This document shows positions 38,283 through 51,119 of a DNA stretch of 63,855 bases, piece after piece. Both the position numbers and the translations under genes were made by a program. The notes below the pieces were generated by a model. That model worked only from the letters and a program-made list of their open reading frames with translations, was not told the origin of the DNA and did not search any database. The DNA comes from Octopus bimaculoides (lineage: Eukaryota): NCBI RefSeq assembly GCF_001194135.2, contig NC_069000.1:39720514-39784368 (forward strand), written 5' to 3'. The number at the start of each line of letters is the position of its first letter. Positions within the stretch are counted from its first letter, which is position 1.

Positions 38283-39125
38283 NNNNNNNNNNNNNNNNNN
38301 NNNNNNNNNNNNNNNNNNNNNNNNNNNNNNNNNNNNNNNNNNNNNNNNNNNNNNNNNNNNNNNNNNNNNNNNNNNNNNNNNNNNNNNNNNNNNNNNNNNN
38401 NNNNNNNNNNNNNNNNNNNNNNNNNNNNNNNNNNNNNNNNNNNNNNNNNNNNNNNNNNNNNNNNNNNNNNNNNNNNNNNNNNNNNNNNNNNNNNNNNNNN
38501 NNNNNNNNNNNNNNNNNNNNNNNNNNNNNNNNNNNNNNNNNNNNNNNNNNNNNNNNNNNNNNNNNNNNNNNNNNNNNNNNNNNNNNNNNNNNNNNNNNNN
38601 NNNNNNNNNNNNNNNNNNNNNNNNNNNNNNNNNNNNNNNNNNNNNNNNNNNNNNNNNNNNNNNNNNNNNNNNNNNNNNNNNNNNNNNNNNNNNNNNNNNN
38701 NNNNNNNNNNNNNNNNNNNNNNNNNNNNNNNNNNNNNNNNNNNNNNNNNNNNNNNNNNNNNNNNNNNNNNNNNNNNNNNNNNNNNNNNNNNNNNTATATA
38801 TATATATATATATATATATGCTTGTGTGCATGTCGGTATTGGTGTTCGTCCTCCAACACCATTTGAGCACAGGTGTTAGTTTGTTTATATCATCGTAACT
38901 TAACAGTTAGGCCAAAGCATGATCATAGAATAAGTATCAAACAAAACAGTAAGTATTAAGGTGGATTTGTGCACTAAACCGTTGACGATGGTGCTGTAGC
39001 TTGGCCGCAGTAGAAAGACGGCAATGAATAAAACATAAGCGATCGTGTGTATCACTTATAACAAGATAATTACACAGGTGCTTATATCGACACACTTCGC
39101 GAACAAGCATCCATGCTTATATATC

Positions 39126-39238
39126 TGTTGTGTCGACGCCCCCAGGCGAAGAAATAGGATCTCCCAAGACATATAAATAGAGGTAGTCTGGCCGTGGTAG
39201 GCGTGTTGAGTAGCAGTCGAGTAGCTTGAGACATAACA
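39126..39238 (+). mobile_element. Internally deleted copy (113 bp) of the solo-LTR-like element
   Basis: Same TGTTGTGTCGACGC...GAGACATAACA ends as 5731; flanks ATATC/ATATA. Confidence 0.7.
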
Positions 39239-40109
39239 ATATATATATATATATATATACATATATATACAGAGAGAGACATAAACAAGACTCATATATA
39301 TGTATACAATAAAAAAATAATTGTCAGTGAGTAATTAGAGTGTCAATGACACAACGTAACATCAGATATATTTAGAAAAACATTGGTTTCTGACAAGATA
39401 ATATAATATTTATGGAGTTGTTAATTCATTTACGAATCATGTTTATAACTTTAAATTTACTAGAGGCGTGGCTTGTGATTCTATACCAGAATCAATGGTA
39501 TTTAGCTACGTTATAAAATTCACTTTGTTTTGTACACTTACACAATTCCAAATAAATCTTCCAAATAGCTTTGTCTAGCATTTGCTATGAGTTTTGGCTT
39601 AACCTCTGGAATAGTGCAAGCGACAGCAATCTTTCATTTTTTTAATGGTTACTGCTACGTTGCGAAATCCGCCATTGTATACGAATTATGACTCTGTCTA
39701 CCGTGACTGCTCGACCTGATAAAACCAGCGGCTAACTATTCCGAAATCATTAACTTTCATCTTAAAACAAGAAAGATTCGTCGCACAATGCATTTGTGAG
39801 TATTCAAAAGACGGCAGGCTAAAGACTGGAATGGCATCAATTCTTAAGTCTGGCTTGCCAAAGTTGAGGTGGTGGTAAATATCAACAAGAATGAAAATTG
39901 AATAGGAATCCAGTAAGCAGATGTTCATTCTTACACAAGTATCAATCAGCCAGGTCTTCAAATGTCAGCACTGACTGAACCGACCTATGATCAACCATAA
40001 TCATCCCGTCTTTCTATGTGCCAGAAACTAATTCACTGAATTCGTCCTTAAAATGAGATAGCGTCATTTTAGAGAGATTAGAAACATAGCTTTTTCACAC
40101 TGAGGAATC

Positions 40110-40600
40110 GCACGGATGTTGTCTCGTTCTCTTTACACCGAAATTGTCAAAGTATGAAAACCTGCCGGAAAAGAATTTACTCTTAACTAACGATCAACGG
40201 TGTACGCTGTCGATCCGAAGCATTACCGAGCACTATATTTTTATCAACCACTCACCAACTAACCCACGCTCACCTCTATCATAGGGTTCCCCCTTGAATT
40301 GCTTTTCACCGGTCAACTCTGTCTCAACAACGAAATACGGTCCGGAAACTTGACTTCCTTTTCCCAGACACATAAACTACTCGTGTTTCTCACAATTCTT
40401 TATTCATTTATTTACACTACTTTTCGGTCAAGTTCATCCTACCCCAAACAACTTATTCTAGCGCCATGACATTTTCCTGTTCTATTTTGCTATCCATAAC
40501 AATTCGTCTCCAACAATGGTCTTAAAACCAGTCATAAAACCCAGTTTCAAGTCACCGACCACTGATTGGATCTCTTCCAACTTTATCTACTGCATCACTT
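40110..40600 (-). mobile_element. Probable L1/Tx1-type LINE endonuclease remnant
   Basis: Broken minus-strand matches in order to VGDxN, xTW, LDRI, SDH and GYWKFN-like motifs. Weak. Confidence 0.3.
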
Positions 40601-41399
40601 GTAAGTTCTTTGAATCTCTAAACGGTAGTTGAATAGAATATCGATTAGTTTTGTGGTTTCCAAAATTAGTCGCGGAAGTGTTCCATAATTTTCTCGAAAA
40701 CGCGAGATCCTCACTAAACTTTACGGTTAACTCTCACTGTTCTAATACTAATAGGACTATATAGGAAAATAAATTGCCTTTGAGAGAGGATAATTTTCAT
40801 GCGATAAGTGCATATAATAGCTCATAATACTGAAAAGGATAATAGCATATTTATCTAGTCTGAAGGTACAGGCTTCGCTGCTGCTCACGTCCAGTATTCC
40901 TAATAACACTGGTCAACAAAATCAAATGTATTATACTGATTATGAATACAAACCAACTCTTTTAGGCTAATTTTTCGTGCAGATTTCAAAATGTCACTCC
41001 ATTTCTATGCAGCACATATCAGTTTTTCAGTAGATACACGCAAATATTTATATATTTGTATATATGAAATCATGAACGTAACAAATAAGGATATTGTTAT
41101 TTTCTTTAAAATGAATGAGTTTATTGAGTTAAAAATCATCACTATCATTCTACAAAGAGTGAATACACAAAACAAATGAGTAAGACAAAACAGACACAGT
41201 TAAAACAACAGAGTTAGAAACGTGATTTGTATTTCCTGTGGTGTTTCTAGCTAGGGTGTTATTAAAATTAGGAGGGTATGGAATTATACGTTTTGTAGGA
41301 TTATTTAAAATTTTGGGGAGGGTTTATATAATTATATTGCTTGTTGTATGTTTATGAGGGGGTTTATTAACTTCTATAATTTGTGTTGGTCAAAGGGAC

Positions 41400-41850
41400 A
41401 TAAAAAGATTAATTGCTTATTCTTCAATTGGTCTGATCTGGTTGATCTCTGTAAAGCGTCTAGCAGTATCCAGCCAGCATACTGTCATTCCAGAAGCCTT
41501 GGTACCGCTTCTCTGTAGTACTGTCCTGGTGAAATGTTTTACCATGTTCTTCAGACACTGCTCCAAGGTTATCTGCGAAGAAATCCAGATGGGAATCCAA
41601 GAAGTGAACTTTCCGTTACACACGACAACCCATTGCTGAGTAACATTTCAAAATATTCTTGATTCCACCCTTGTAGTCCATTGCCTTCTTGTTTCCCAAG
41701 ACATTCTCACAGATCCAACTGGAAGCATTCCAGACAGCCAGTTCCAGGTCACACAGTGTTGTCTTGAATTTGACATCTTTGAGTATTTGATTTACGTTTG
41801 AATCTGTTGACAACGTTGCTAATGAATGTTCTATTTAGGTCTAGTAGCAG
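41400..41850 (-). mobile_element. DNA transposase C-terminal remnant, Chapaev3-like (CMC group)
   Basis: One frame reads ELAVWNASSWICENVLGNKKAMDY...MGCRV*RKVHFLDSHLDFFADNLGAVSEEHGKTFHQDSTTEKRYQGFWNDSMLAGYC*TLYRD, matching the motif HFLHSHLDFFPENLGAVSDEQGERFHQD. Confidence 0.75.
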
Positions 41851-43189
41851 CATACTAAAAGTGATTGAGGTAGGATTTGCACTCCTTCCTCAGAAAACCC
41901 TCACCAGCAAAAGCTACACAAACAGACCCCATGGAGTCTGTTTGGGTAGTTGTTGGAGCCTTGTCGCCTGAATGGAGCAAGGGTGTGTCATTCGCCAGGA
42001 GTATGGAATCACTAACATAGGGTGAATGCAGCCAAGCGGTGTTACAGTAATACTTCCCCCACCAATACTGCTGTTACTACTACTACTACTACTACTACTA
42101 CTTTTGCAACAACTACTACTATTCTTACTACTACTACTATTACCGCTACTAAAGGTTGTTCGGCTAACCAAAACACCAGCGAAAATACTGTCACACTTTC
42201 TTAGGTTGAACTATTAAGACTTTGCAGTTGTGCCGCGTTGGGACCTCATTCGTCAAAGCGATGAGAGTCTAATAAATATTTTGTAAAGCATATCTTCGCA
42301 CAAGTGTACATATTTTATCCTTATGTCAACAAAATACAGTTCTTTCTATACTAATCAAGACCTAATACAGATGTATATTCAGTTTTACAATCAGATTACA
42401 TGCACTCATTTTGTTTATACACATTGCTTTAGAGGAAGTCGTTACAACAGGAAATAGTAAGTAATCCAGAATATTTCACCCTAAATTGAACTTACATCGT
42501 AGAATTATTAGGTGTCTAAGACATATATAAGAATGTTTGAAACTTTAGTTTTAAGTAGGTGACATCTGGTGTATAACACGCGTGGGTAGTTCATTTGAAT
42601 AATCTTCTAAAGCTGTGTGGTATTTTCTGCTAAAACGAAAATAGCTTTACAGAAAACTATTCGCCCAGGGTTAGTTGAATTTGGAGAGAAATGCAGTAAT
42701 CTAATTTCATATGATTACATTTTTCGAACATTATTTAATTATATAATGTAGGCTACGAAAGTATTCGATAGCTAAAACAAAATGTTATGGAAGAAAGAGT
42801 AGCGAACGAAGAAATAAATGCAAGGAATCGTACGAACAGACTATAAATAGTGGAACACCAACAATAAATGGAGTAAATAGCCATAAGGATGTTGAAGGCA
42901 ATTGCTACGTAAAGTTTGCGGCTACTTTCAGGCAATTACTGACACCTGTAATTCGCCAGATAATTTCAGTCGGTAGTCACGAGAAAAGGAATTCGGTGTA
43001 TATATATGTATGTATATATGTATGTATGTCATATATATGTGTGTGTATGTATGTACATATTTATGTATATATGTATATATATATGTGTGTATGTGGGAAG
43101 GAGGCTATGTGATTGGCATACCAATTTTAAATTCCCCTTCACACAGTCTAATATAGGTATTCTTATTTGTTGTATTACTATTTAGTGCT

Positions 43190-43545
43190 CAGGCGGCGAG
43201 CTGGAAGAAACGTTAGCACGCCGGGCGAAATGCTTAGCGGTATTTCGTCTGTCTTTACGTTCTGAGTTCAAATTCTGCCGAGGTTGACTTTGCCTTTCAT
43301 CCTTTCGGTGTGGATTAAATAAATACCAGTTACGCACTGGGGTCGATATAATCGATTTAATCCGTTTGTCTGTCCTTGTTTGTACCCTCTGTGTGTAGCC
43401 CCTTGTGGGCAATAAAGAAATAAGAAACGTTAGCACGCCGGGCGTAATGCTTAGTGGTATTCCCTCTGTCTTTATGTTCTGAGTTCAAATTTTGCCGTGG
43501 TTGACTTTACCTTTCATGCTTTCGGGGTCGATAAATTAAATACTA
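43190..43545 (+). mobile_element. Well-preserved family-B SINE followed directly by a second head (tandem dimer)
   Basis: GGCGGCGAGCTGG.AGAAACGTTAGCACGCCGGGCG...; the unit restarts at about 43425 with AGAAACGTTAGCACGCCGGGCG. Confidence 0.9.
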
Positions 43546-43573
43546 GTTGCCTGAAACAAGTAAAATATAAAAG

Positions 43574-43605
<32 letters not shown>

Positions 43606-43618
43606 GGAGAGAGAGATG

Positions 43619-43653
<35 letters not shown>

Positions 43654-43679
43654 CCAGCAACTGCATTATCCCGACCGTC

Positions 43680-43975
43680 AGTGGAACGCAGCAAAAAAGA
43701 CCTACAGAATTTTTTAAAAATACAACCAAAGTATTTCATTCGAAATTGACACTAAGGTCTCCAATTTCTTAGACGTTACGCTCGACCTAATCACAAATCT
43801 ATACCACCTTTTCCATGAACCTAACCAATCTTTACAATACATAAATGTCCTCTCTAATCACCCTAAACTTATCCTTAATAGTGTAGTCAAAGACATGTCT
43901 ATCAAGATCTTTAACTTAAGTACTAACGAAGAAATTTTAACACTCACGCCCCTTATTATAATCAGGTTCCCCAAA
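43680..43975 (+). mobile_element. Penelope-like RT thumb/C-terminal fragment
   Basis: SNFLDVTLDLITNLYHLFHEPNQSLQYINVLSNHPKLILNSVVKDMSIKIFNLSTNEEI parallels 34690-34865. Confidence 0.75.
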
Positions 43976-45219
43976 TAAGTGGCTTCCGCGAAAAAGTTTA
44001 TTATATCCCTAATATTAAGCTTAAAGCTAAAATAGCACCTCTCTTCCCCCATACTAACCCTGAATCTACGGACACTACTGCCACCCTACACCAATTAAAC
44101 AATTCCCCATAAAAATACCCTACACATTACACTCAACCCCGCCACTGACTTCATTAAAGGCTTAACGGCACAGCACAAGCAGACGGTAAGGCAGCGAGAA
44201 TGTAGAATCATGACCAAGTCGGACGAAATGCTTAGCGGTGTATCTTCCGGCTCTTTACGCTCTTAGTTTAAATTCTGCTGGAGTAAACTTTGCCTTTCAT
44301 ATTTTCGGGAGTCAATAAAATAAAATAACATTCAAGTACTAGAGTCTATGTAATTGGCTGGACACTTCCCCTCAAAAATCGCTGTCTTTGAACATTGCAA
44401 TGGACTGGATTTCCACCCAGAGAAGACTGTTGTAACTTTGGTCATTGCACGGTATGGAAACTGGATAACTGGCCTTGTGAGTCCTAGGGTTAAACAATAT
44501 GAGAAAGTTTTTGTAGTTTTAAAATCTAAATGAATCTGAAAGTCAAAAGGAACTTATGAGGATTACCCCCTGTTGCCTCATACAGCGTCTACTGACAGGG
44601 AGATGCAGAAGTAAGTTTCACAGAGCTAAGCTGTGGTATAAAAAGAGCCGAGGTTCCTTCGCAATGCTGATCGAACCAGGAAGTACTTAATCGCGCCTAG
44701 ATTTTATGTTATCCGATCTAATTCACAAAGCCATTAAGCTTTTACCACACATCCGTCGTTGCATTCATAGTATAACACAGGAAAATAACATCTACTGCCT
44801 CGCTATTATATGCGATTATTATTGATAAATCTTATCAATATATTTATCACATTCTTTGCAACAGCCGAAAATTTTGTTTCCCTTCCATTAATTATGCTTC
44901 CCTTTTTTTCTTTATTTTTTCTTTTTCTTTTCTTTTTTTTCACAAATAAATGCTAGTCCAGAAATTTCTTATTGAATTTAACATTCCGTTCCGTTTCATA
45001 ATAGAATCGATTTCCATGCTTATCCTAGATCAACAATATCCTTATTATAGAGTCACTGTTACAGCAGTTTTATTCCATTTTTGTTTTTGCTTTGCATATA
45101 TACAATTGCTAGCATATGAACATGTATACATGCTTGTGTGTGTGTGTGTATATATATATTTGTTTGTATACATACATATGCATATATATATATATATATA
45201 CATATATATACACACACAC

Positions 45220-45282
<63 letters not shown>

Positions 45283-45569
45283 GTATGTTTGTGTGCATGC
45301 GCTGTGTGCGATGGCGTATTTATGTACATGTAAGTATGGAAAATTATGCCTATATGCAGTATTTTTCTTTTTTTTCCTCGTGTTCTTCCACCTGATATCA
45401 TCTGATACTCTTTATAGATAATGTTTGTTAATAGTTTGTGAATCATGACAGCCATTGGTGTGAAACCTAATATTGCATAAGAGTCTGTCGTATGCTAAGA
45501 AAACAATCGGGTAGTCCAAGGTTCGCATTCCCCGTTGTCCGTTTTATGCTTTACACTTAGTCTCAAATC

Positions 45570-45916
45570 GTACAAACCACCGGGGTGAATATGGCCGCTG
45601 AAGATGCATATAATATTTTGTTGGGACCACGCAGCAAAATAACAAATTAGGAACCCACTATAATATTCTAAGTACCCCTGAAAAAAAATTGCTTTAGATG
45701 TATGTATTGGTAGTTATCGCAAGAAACAACTAGGTTTGTTTCTCTAACACTTTACGTTGTTCAACCTACACAAGTAAATGTGGGGAAAATAAAATAGGAA
45801 TGTGGAAAGAAGTTTCTATGAAACCAGTTTTTACACATCGAATGACTATAGGGGCTCCACCAGAATAAAACAGTAGTCAAAGGAGTCCATAGATAAAAAA
45901 TGATTGAGAACCCTTG
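45570..45916 (+). mobile_element. hAT MITE, second copy
   Basis: Collinear with 10431-10780; right end ATTGAGAACCCTTG. Confidence 0.6.
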
Positions 45917-46154
45917 CTTTAGATGTATGTATTGGTATGTATTGCTAGAAACAGTGCGGTTTCTTTCTCTAAAATTTTACAAAACTTCATTATTGCAAAG
46001 TAGATTCTACAAACATATTACCTTGCCCATTAATCATATCACCAGAAGTCTTCTAATCTGTGACTGCCTTATCTTTTGCTCAGGCACAATGCAACTTAAG
46101 ATCAACACTGATGGAACAAACCAGTGGTTAAAAAAATGTAAAGTTAACTTATCG

Positions 46155-46390
46155 AGTCATAACAGACTCATAAGGGCCGGTTTCCCGATTCTACAGCGTA
46201 TATATTTCCCACCTGGATGGGACGCCGGTCCCTCGCAGGATTACTCATTTTTGCCAGCTTAGTGGACTGGAGCAATGTGAAATAAAGTGTTTTACTCAAG
46301 AACACAAAACGTCGCCCGGTCCATGAATCGAAACCAGAATTTTACTATCATGAGTCCAGCACCCTAACAACTAAGTCACGCGCCTCCACA
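46155..46390 (-). mobile_element. tRNA-derived SINE, family D (V-domain-like body)
   Basis: Minus head GGAGGCGCGTGACTTAGTTG..GGTTTCGATTC is shared with family C; body CCTGCGAGGGACCGGCGTCCCATCCAGGTG resembles the V-SINE domain; decayed copies at about 50625-50800 and 59515-59760. Confidence 0.7.
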
Positions 46391-48199
46391 ACAGACCTAT
46401 GATCAAATGCAATCTCGATGTGGCTGTTCTGACTCTCTTAAAGACAATTAGAACTAAGTTACTATTTCGAAGACGGTAATGTGCACTTTGAGAAAAATCC
46501 AGTTCTTTTTTTCAAGCAGGTCGAGTGAACATGTAAACACATAGAGACACCCACGTTGATGGGTGATGCGTTATAGCATGGTGATGATGCAGGGTGAGTT
46601 TTGTTTCATGATCTTAACGACAGTGTGATAAACAGGATATAGCACAATGTATGTATATAACGGATTTCGGTGATATACTGCATTATGACAAATATTGCAG
46701 CAACTGTACGCAGTTGATATGTTCCTTTCTTCAGGCGAACAAGCGGAGAAACGTTGTTCATTATATTTCAGCAGATTTTTTAGGTTATTTCTTTTATATT
46801 TTCATGTTTGTACTTCATTTTCCCCTTTTAATTTTCTTATTCGTTATGACTTATTTCTTTTCTTTCCGCCATTTCTTACTTTCTTACTTTTCCTAATTTT
46901 TACTTCTGCTACGTCTACCCTTTATCCGTTTTTTGCTTTATTTCTCCAATACCAATATGTGTGTGTGTACACCTAAGTATGTATGTATATATGTATGTAC
47001 GTAATTATGTATTTGTATGTATATATGTACGTACGTATGTACGTCTGTATGTGTATGTGTAGGGTGTACTTTTCCTTTTCGGATTTAATTTTCTCTTTTA
47101 GCTTCTTTCATGTTTCTTTTAACTTTCTTCTCCTTCCCTTTTATTGATTTTTTTTCTTTATCCATTATTGTTTTATTTCCCGCAATTTACATCCAAATAA
47201 TTTTTTCTACTGATCCGTGTTAAACAAATCAATTCATATTTTATGAGATGTTTTATAGTCATCTGCCAATTCTGAATTAAAAGAACCAACATACCGATGA
47301 GAATTTACATATAATCAATAAAATATGCCGCATGCGATAGCAGTAGTTTCCGGTTTAATGACCGACACCTTCCAACTCCACTTCCGGAAAGAAACACGTT
47401 ATACTACAGACAATGGACCAATAAATTAGATTTGAAGGAAATTACTTTATGCTTCAATCTACAATGAAATATATTCAAAATGAGTTTCTTCCGCAAGGAA
47501 TTAGAATTGAATGGATTGTATTCTTTTGTGAATTTACATGCTTTTCTCTCAGTTTGGGGTTTAAGCCCATTATTGCCAATGTTGAACTTCAAAGTTAAAT
47601 CGTTTTCTTCGTAACAATGTTCCAAGATAGAGAAATCAATACAATATCAGGTTCCCAGTGAAGATCAATCAAGGATTCGTGCCCTGCCTCTTGTATTAAC
47701 TGTATTGACAGAGGAAGTAGTTAACTCTTGGTAGTTAATCTGATCATACATATACAGCACGGGGTAGATAAAGCTTATTACTATAAACTGTGGGAGAACC
47801 GATTAACTATGGAATTACTTATTAACGTCCTATACTGATTTTAATTTCCTCCTTTATACTAGCAGACTGTAGGCTTGAATCAAGTGATTTCATTGCTTTC
47901 ACGCTATATTGAATCGGTTGTTTGGTTTTGTTTTGGTTTGTAGTCATTAGATAAAGGCGAACTAACATGCTTATATATTCAATGCTAGCAAGTAATTCCA
48001 GGAAGTCCGTGTTTTTATCAACTTAATAAGACACACTTAATCCAGTCTGAACGTTGTAAGACTCACAGCTGGTGGTTTTCAAATAACAAAGAGAGAAATT
48101 TCACTTTATGTCTTATCAAATGCCTCATCAGAAATGCTTCACAGCGTTACAGGAAAAGACACTTAAACCTATATCAGTCCATATTTTACATCAACAAGC

Positions 48200-48325
48200 T
48201 ATATACGTCACTCGGCACGCTGCCTCATGAAGGTCACTGCTAGCTCTCATTGCGCACGCGACCGTGTGCTGCCATCTGTTGGCGCGCTATAGAGCTAGTC
48301 CGGGAACTTTTTGATACCACGTAGT
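48200..48325. mobile_element. Mariner-type element end
   Basis: TCCGGGAACTTTTTGATACCACGTAGTA resembles a mariner terminal inverted repeat plus TA, preceded by a GC-rich subterminal segment. Confidence 0.5.
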
Positions 48326-48544
48326 ACATAATAACTGACTGGTGTTTCGTCACTTTACAGAACTCAACTATAACTCATAGTTATAAAGAAAATGTGATAA
48401 AGCAGAAATGATTATTTTTAGAATAACTGTTCGTATCAACTCAGGAGTAAATTTAATTACATACTATATATACAACTTATAGATCATGTATAAAAATGTT
48501 TACATTAACATCGGTTTCAAATCTTGACAGAAAGTAATTACAGA

Positions 48545-49017
48545 GAAAGAGTTAAATCGATTGCTCAACTGGTACTTATTTTATCGATCAAGACAGGACG
48601 TAATGCAAAGTTGACCTCGACTGATCTATTCAATTACATCAACCCTAGTGTTTCACTGGTACTTAATTTATCAACCCCGAAAGGGTGAAAGGCAAAAGAG
48701 AGCACGGCGGAATTTGAACTCAGAATCTATTGAGTGACAAAATGTCGCTAAGCATTTTGCCCGACGTGCTAACGATTCTGCCAGCTCGCCTCTTTATCTC
48801 GTAATATAATATTAGTTTCACATTTTGATTATAAGGCCAGCAAGTCCTGAGGAAGGGGGATGTTGACTACTCAATTGGTACTTATTTTATTGACCCCTGG
48901 AAGAATGAAAGGCAAAGACGACGTCGGCGGTATTTGAACTCAGAACCTACTGAAGGACAAAATGCCGCTAAGCATTTAACCCTGCGTGCTAACGGTTCAG
49001 TCAGCTCGCCGCCTTAA
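48545..49017 (-). mobile_element. Three tandem family-B SINE units
   Basis: CTGGTACTTA.TTTAT.GACCCC..AAG..TGAAAGGCAAAG recurs at about 48570, 48655 and 48875; heads at about 48790 and 49010. Confidence 0.8.
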
Positions 49018-49821
49018 AGCCTACTTTAATACAAGCTTTAAATTTTGACACAAGGTCATCTAGTTTAAGAGAAGGGCTAAGTTGACGAAGAGAAATATTG
49101 CACCTGAATAGTAAAAACCTGAACCAACTAATAGGACAACTACTACAGGCCCGTTTGAAATGCTAAAAATAGCAGCCGGATCATTCATTAAGCGAACCCG
49201 ACCGTCATAAAGCATGAAGACTACATTCAGGAATGAAAACTCTGCTGTACAATAGAGCAGATTCATCATAACCCGAACCTTTTGGCTTCTAATCTCTTTA
49301 GTCAGGGCTGACCTTTGAGCGAATCTACAACAACTACGGCATTAGCAAGCATTTCTAGCCGGCGACTTTAGCAGCAGGTATACAGTAACTGTAACACCGT
49401 AACGAATATTGCCAGTGACACCTTGCGGTGTAGAATATAGATTAAGGAGCAGTAAATATGACATTAGATTATTTCTCCAGGAAATATAAAAAAGAGTAAG
49501 ATATCGACACCTGGTGAGCATTTCGAGAATTCATATTCGATAAAAGCAATATGGCTTAGATTTTAAAGAGGGTGAGAGAGGAACAAAATTTCATAGTGTA
49601 TGATGAGTTTCTCCGTTTCCGATATAGACAGTATGTTTGCAGCCCCATTGAGAATCAATAAAACAAGCTACAGGTAGATGATGGATTAAGTTAATAGACT
49701 AAATATTCCTCTCTTTCATAGTAGAAGTGCCATGTACACATTGATAAATAAAATCAATACTAAATATATGTAATTACACATAGGTGTATATAAAGGCATA
49801 TATGTATGTATGTATGTATGT

Positions 49822-49860
<39 letters not shown>

Positions 49861-49862
49861 TG

Positions 49863-49940
<78 letters not shown>

Positions 49941-50093
49941 TAAATATACACACATAAATACATACGTATACAGAAATATAAATATGCAAATGTATGTGTG
50001 TATATACATACATACCTTGCGTGTGTATGTGTGAGTGTGAGTGTGTGGAGAGAGAGTCACACAGACAGACAGACAGAGGTATAGATATATGTA

Positions 50094-50135
<42 letters not shown>

Positions 50136-50309
50136 CAAGTACACACACATGCATACACACACATACAGGCATACATACACACAAACACACATACACAAAT
50201 ACATACTCACATACATACACACATAAATGCATATGTATTCACACATACACACAACTCGTTACAGGGCAACACAGATTACAATCTTCAAATATTCCGCGGC
50301 TGGAAATAA

Positions 50310-50924
50310 TATTATGTCAGCCAATTTTGGATGGAATTTATTGATTTCTGAACATGAAGAGTGCAACGAAATATCATTTGGATTTAATAGAAACATATCC
50401 TCAAAGAAATTACTTAATTATCGAATGAAACAATATCAGTATGATGGGTCAGATATTCGCTTTCCGACACCGGACAAGATAAAAGTCAGCCAAACATTAC
50501 ATCAAAATGAACTAATCTCCTAATACAACTTCGGTTTTAACTTAAAATATGTACGTTTATTTCCTTTGAGTTGGCGTGAGAGGGTTGGAGAGTATTTATT
50601 TCATTCTCCAAGGAGCGTGGACTAATGTAGAGAGCGTTGCCTTCACGATAGTAAGGTCGTAGTTTATATTACAAAGACTGGTAGAACGTTGTGTTCTTGA
50701 TCAAAACAACTCATTTTCATTGCTACTGTGTACTCAGCTGTAAATGGTGAAGCCATCCACGGGCTGGCATTCCATTCAGAAGGAATATTGGACGGCTACC
50801 TGCATGCCTGGATGCCTGCCTGCCTGCCTGCTTCCCTAGTCAGTGGAGTGGCATTATTTGAAGTTTACAATGTGGCGAGCTGACATAATATTATAAATTC
50901 CATCCAAAATTAGCTGACATAATA
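50310..50924. repeat. 31-bp inverted repeat pair (30/31 identical), possible MITE termini
   Basis: TATTATGTCAGCCAATTTTGGATGGAATTTA (50310-50340) versus TAAATTCCATCCAAAATTAGCTGACATAATA (50894-50924). Confidence 0.75.
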
Positions 50925-50928
50925 GTAT

Positions 50929-51119
50929 AGGCGGTGAGCTGGCAGAAACGTTAGCACGCCGGACGAAATGCTTAGCGGTATTTCGTCTGCAGTTACGTTC
51001 TGAGCGTGGCAGCGATGTGTGCGCAGTGGCCGGCGTAGGTGCATGCACAACAAACACAAGAGTGTTGCCAATAGCCGCATGCACAGCATCCCCCTACTTT
51101 GTGGATTACCCTCATACAT
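50929..51119. mobile_element. Family-B SINE head (+, 50929-51004) cut by a mariner end (-, about 51005-51119)
   Basis: The SINE stops just before completing its B box (GTTCTGAG); the minus strand begins TATGAGGGTAATCCACAAAGT, a mariner-type terminus. Confidence 0.6.

Noticed and set aside
39698-39961. 87-aa minus-strand ORF (MKTWLIDT...)
   Set aside because: No recognisable domain or splice signals; more likely the antisense of a decayed LINE endonuclease segment.
48265-48285. CTCF-like motif (minus strand CCAACAGATGGCAGC)
   Set aside because: It lies about 20 nt from a mariner-type terminus and is probably element subterminal sequence; a motif match alone is not evidence of binding.
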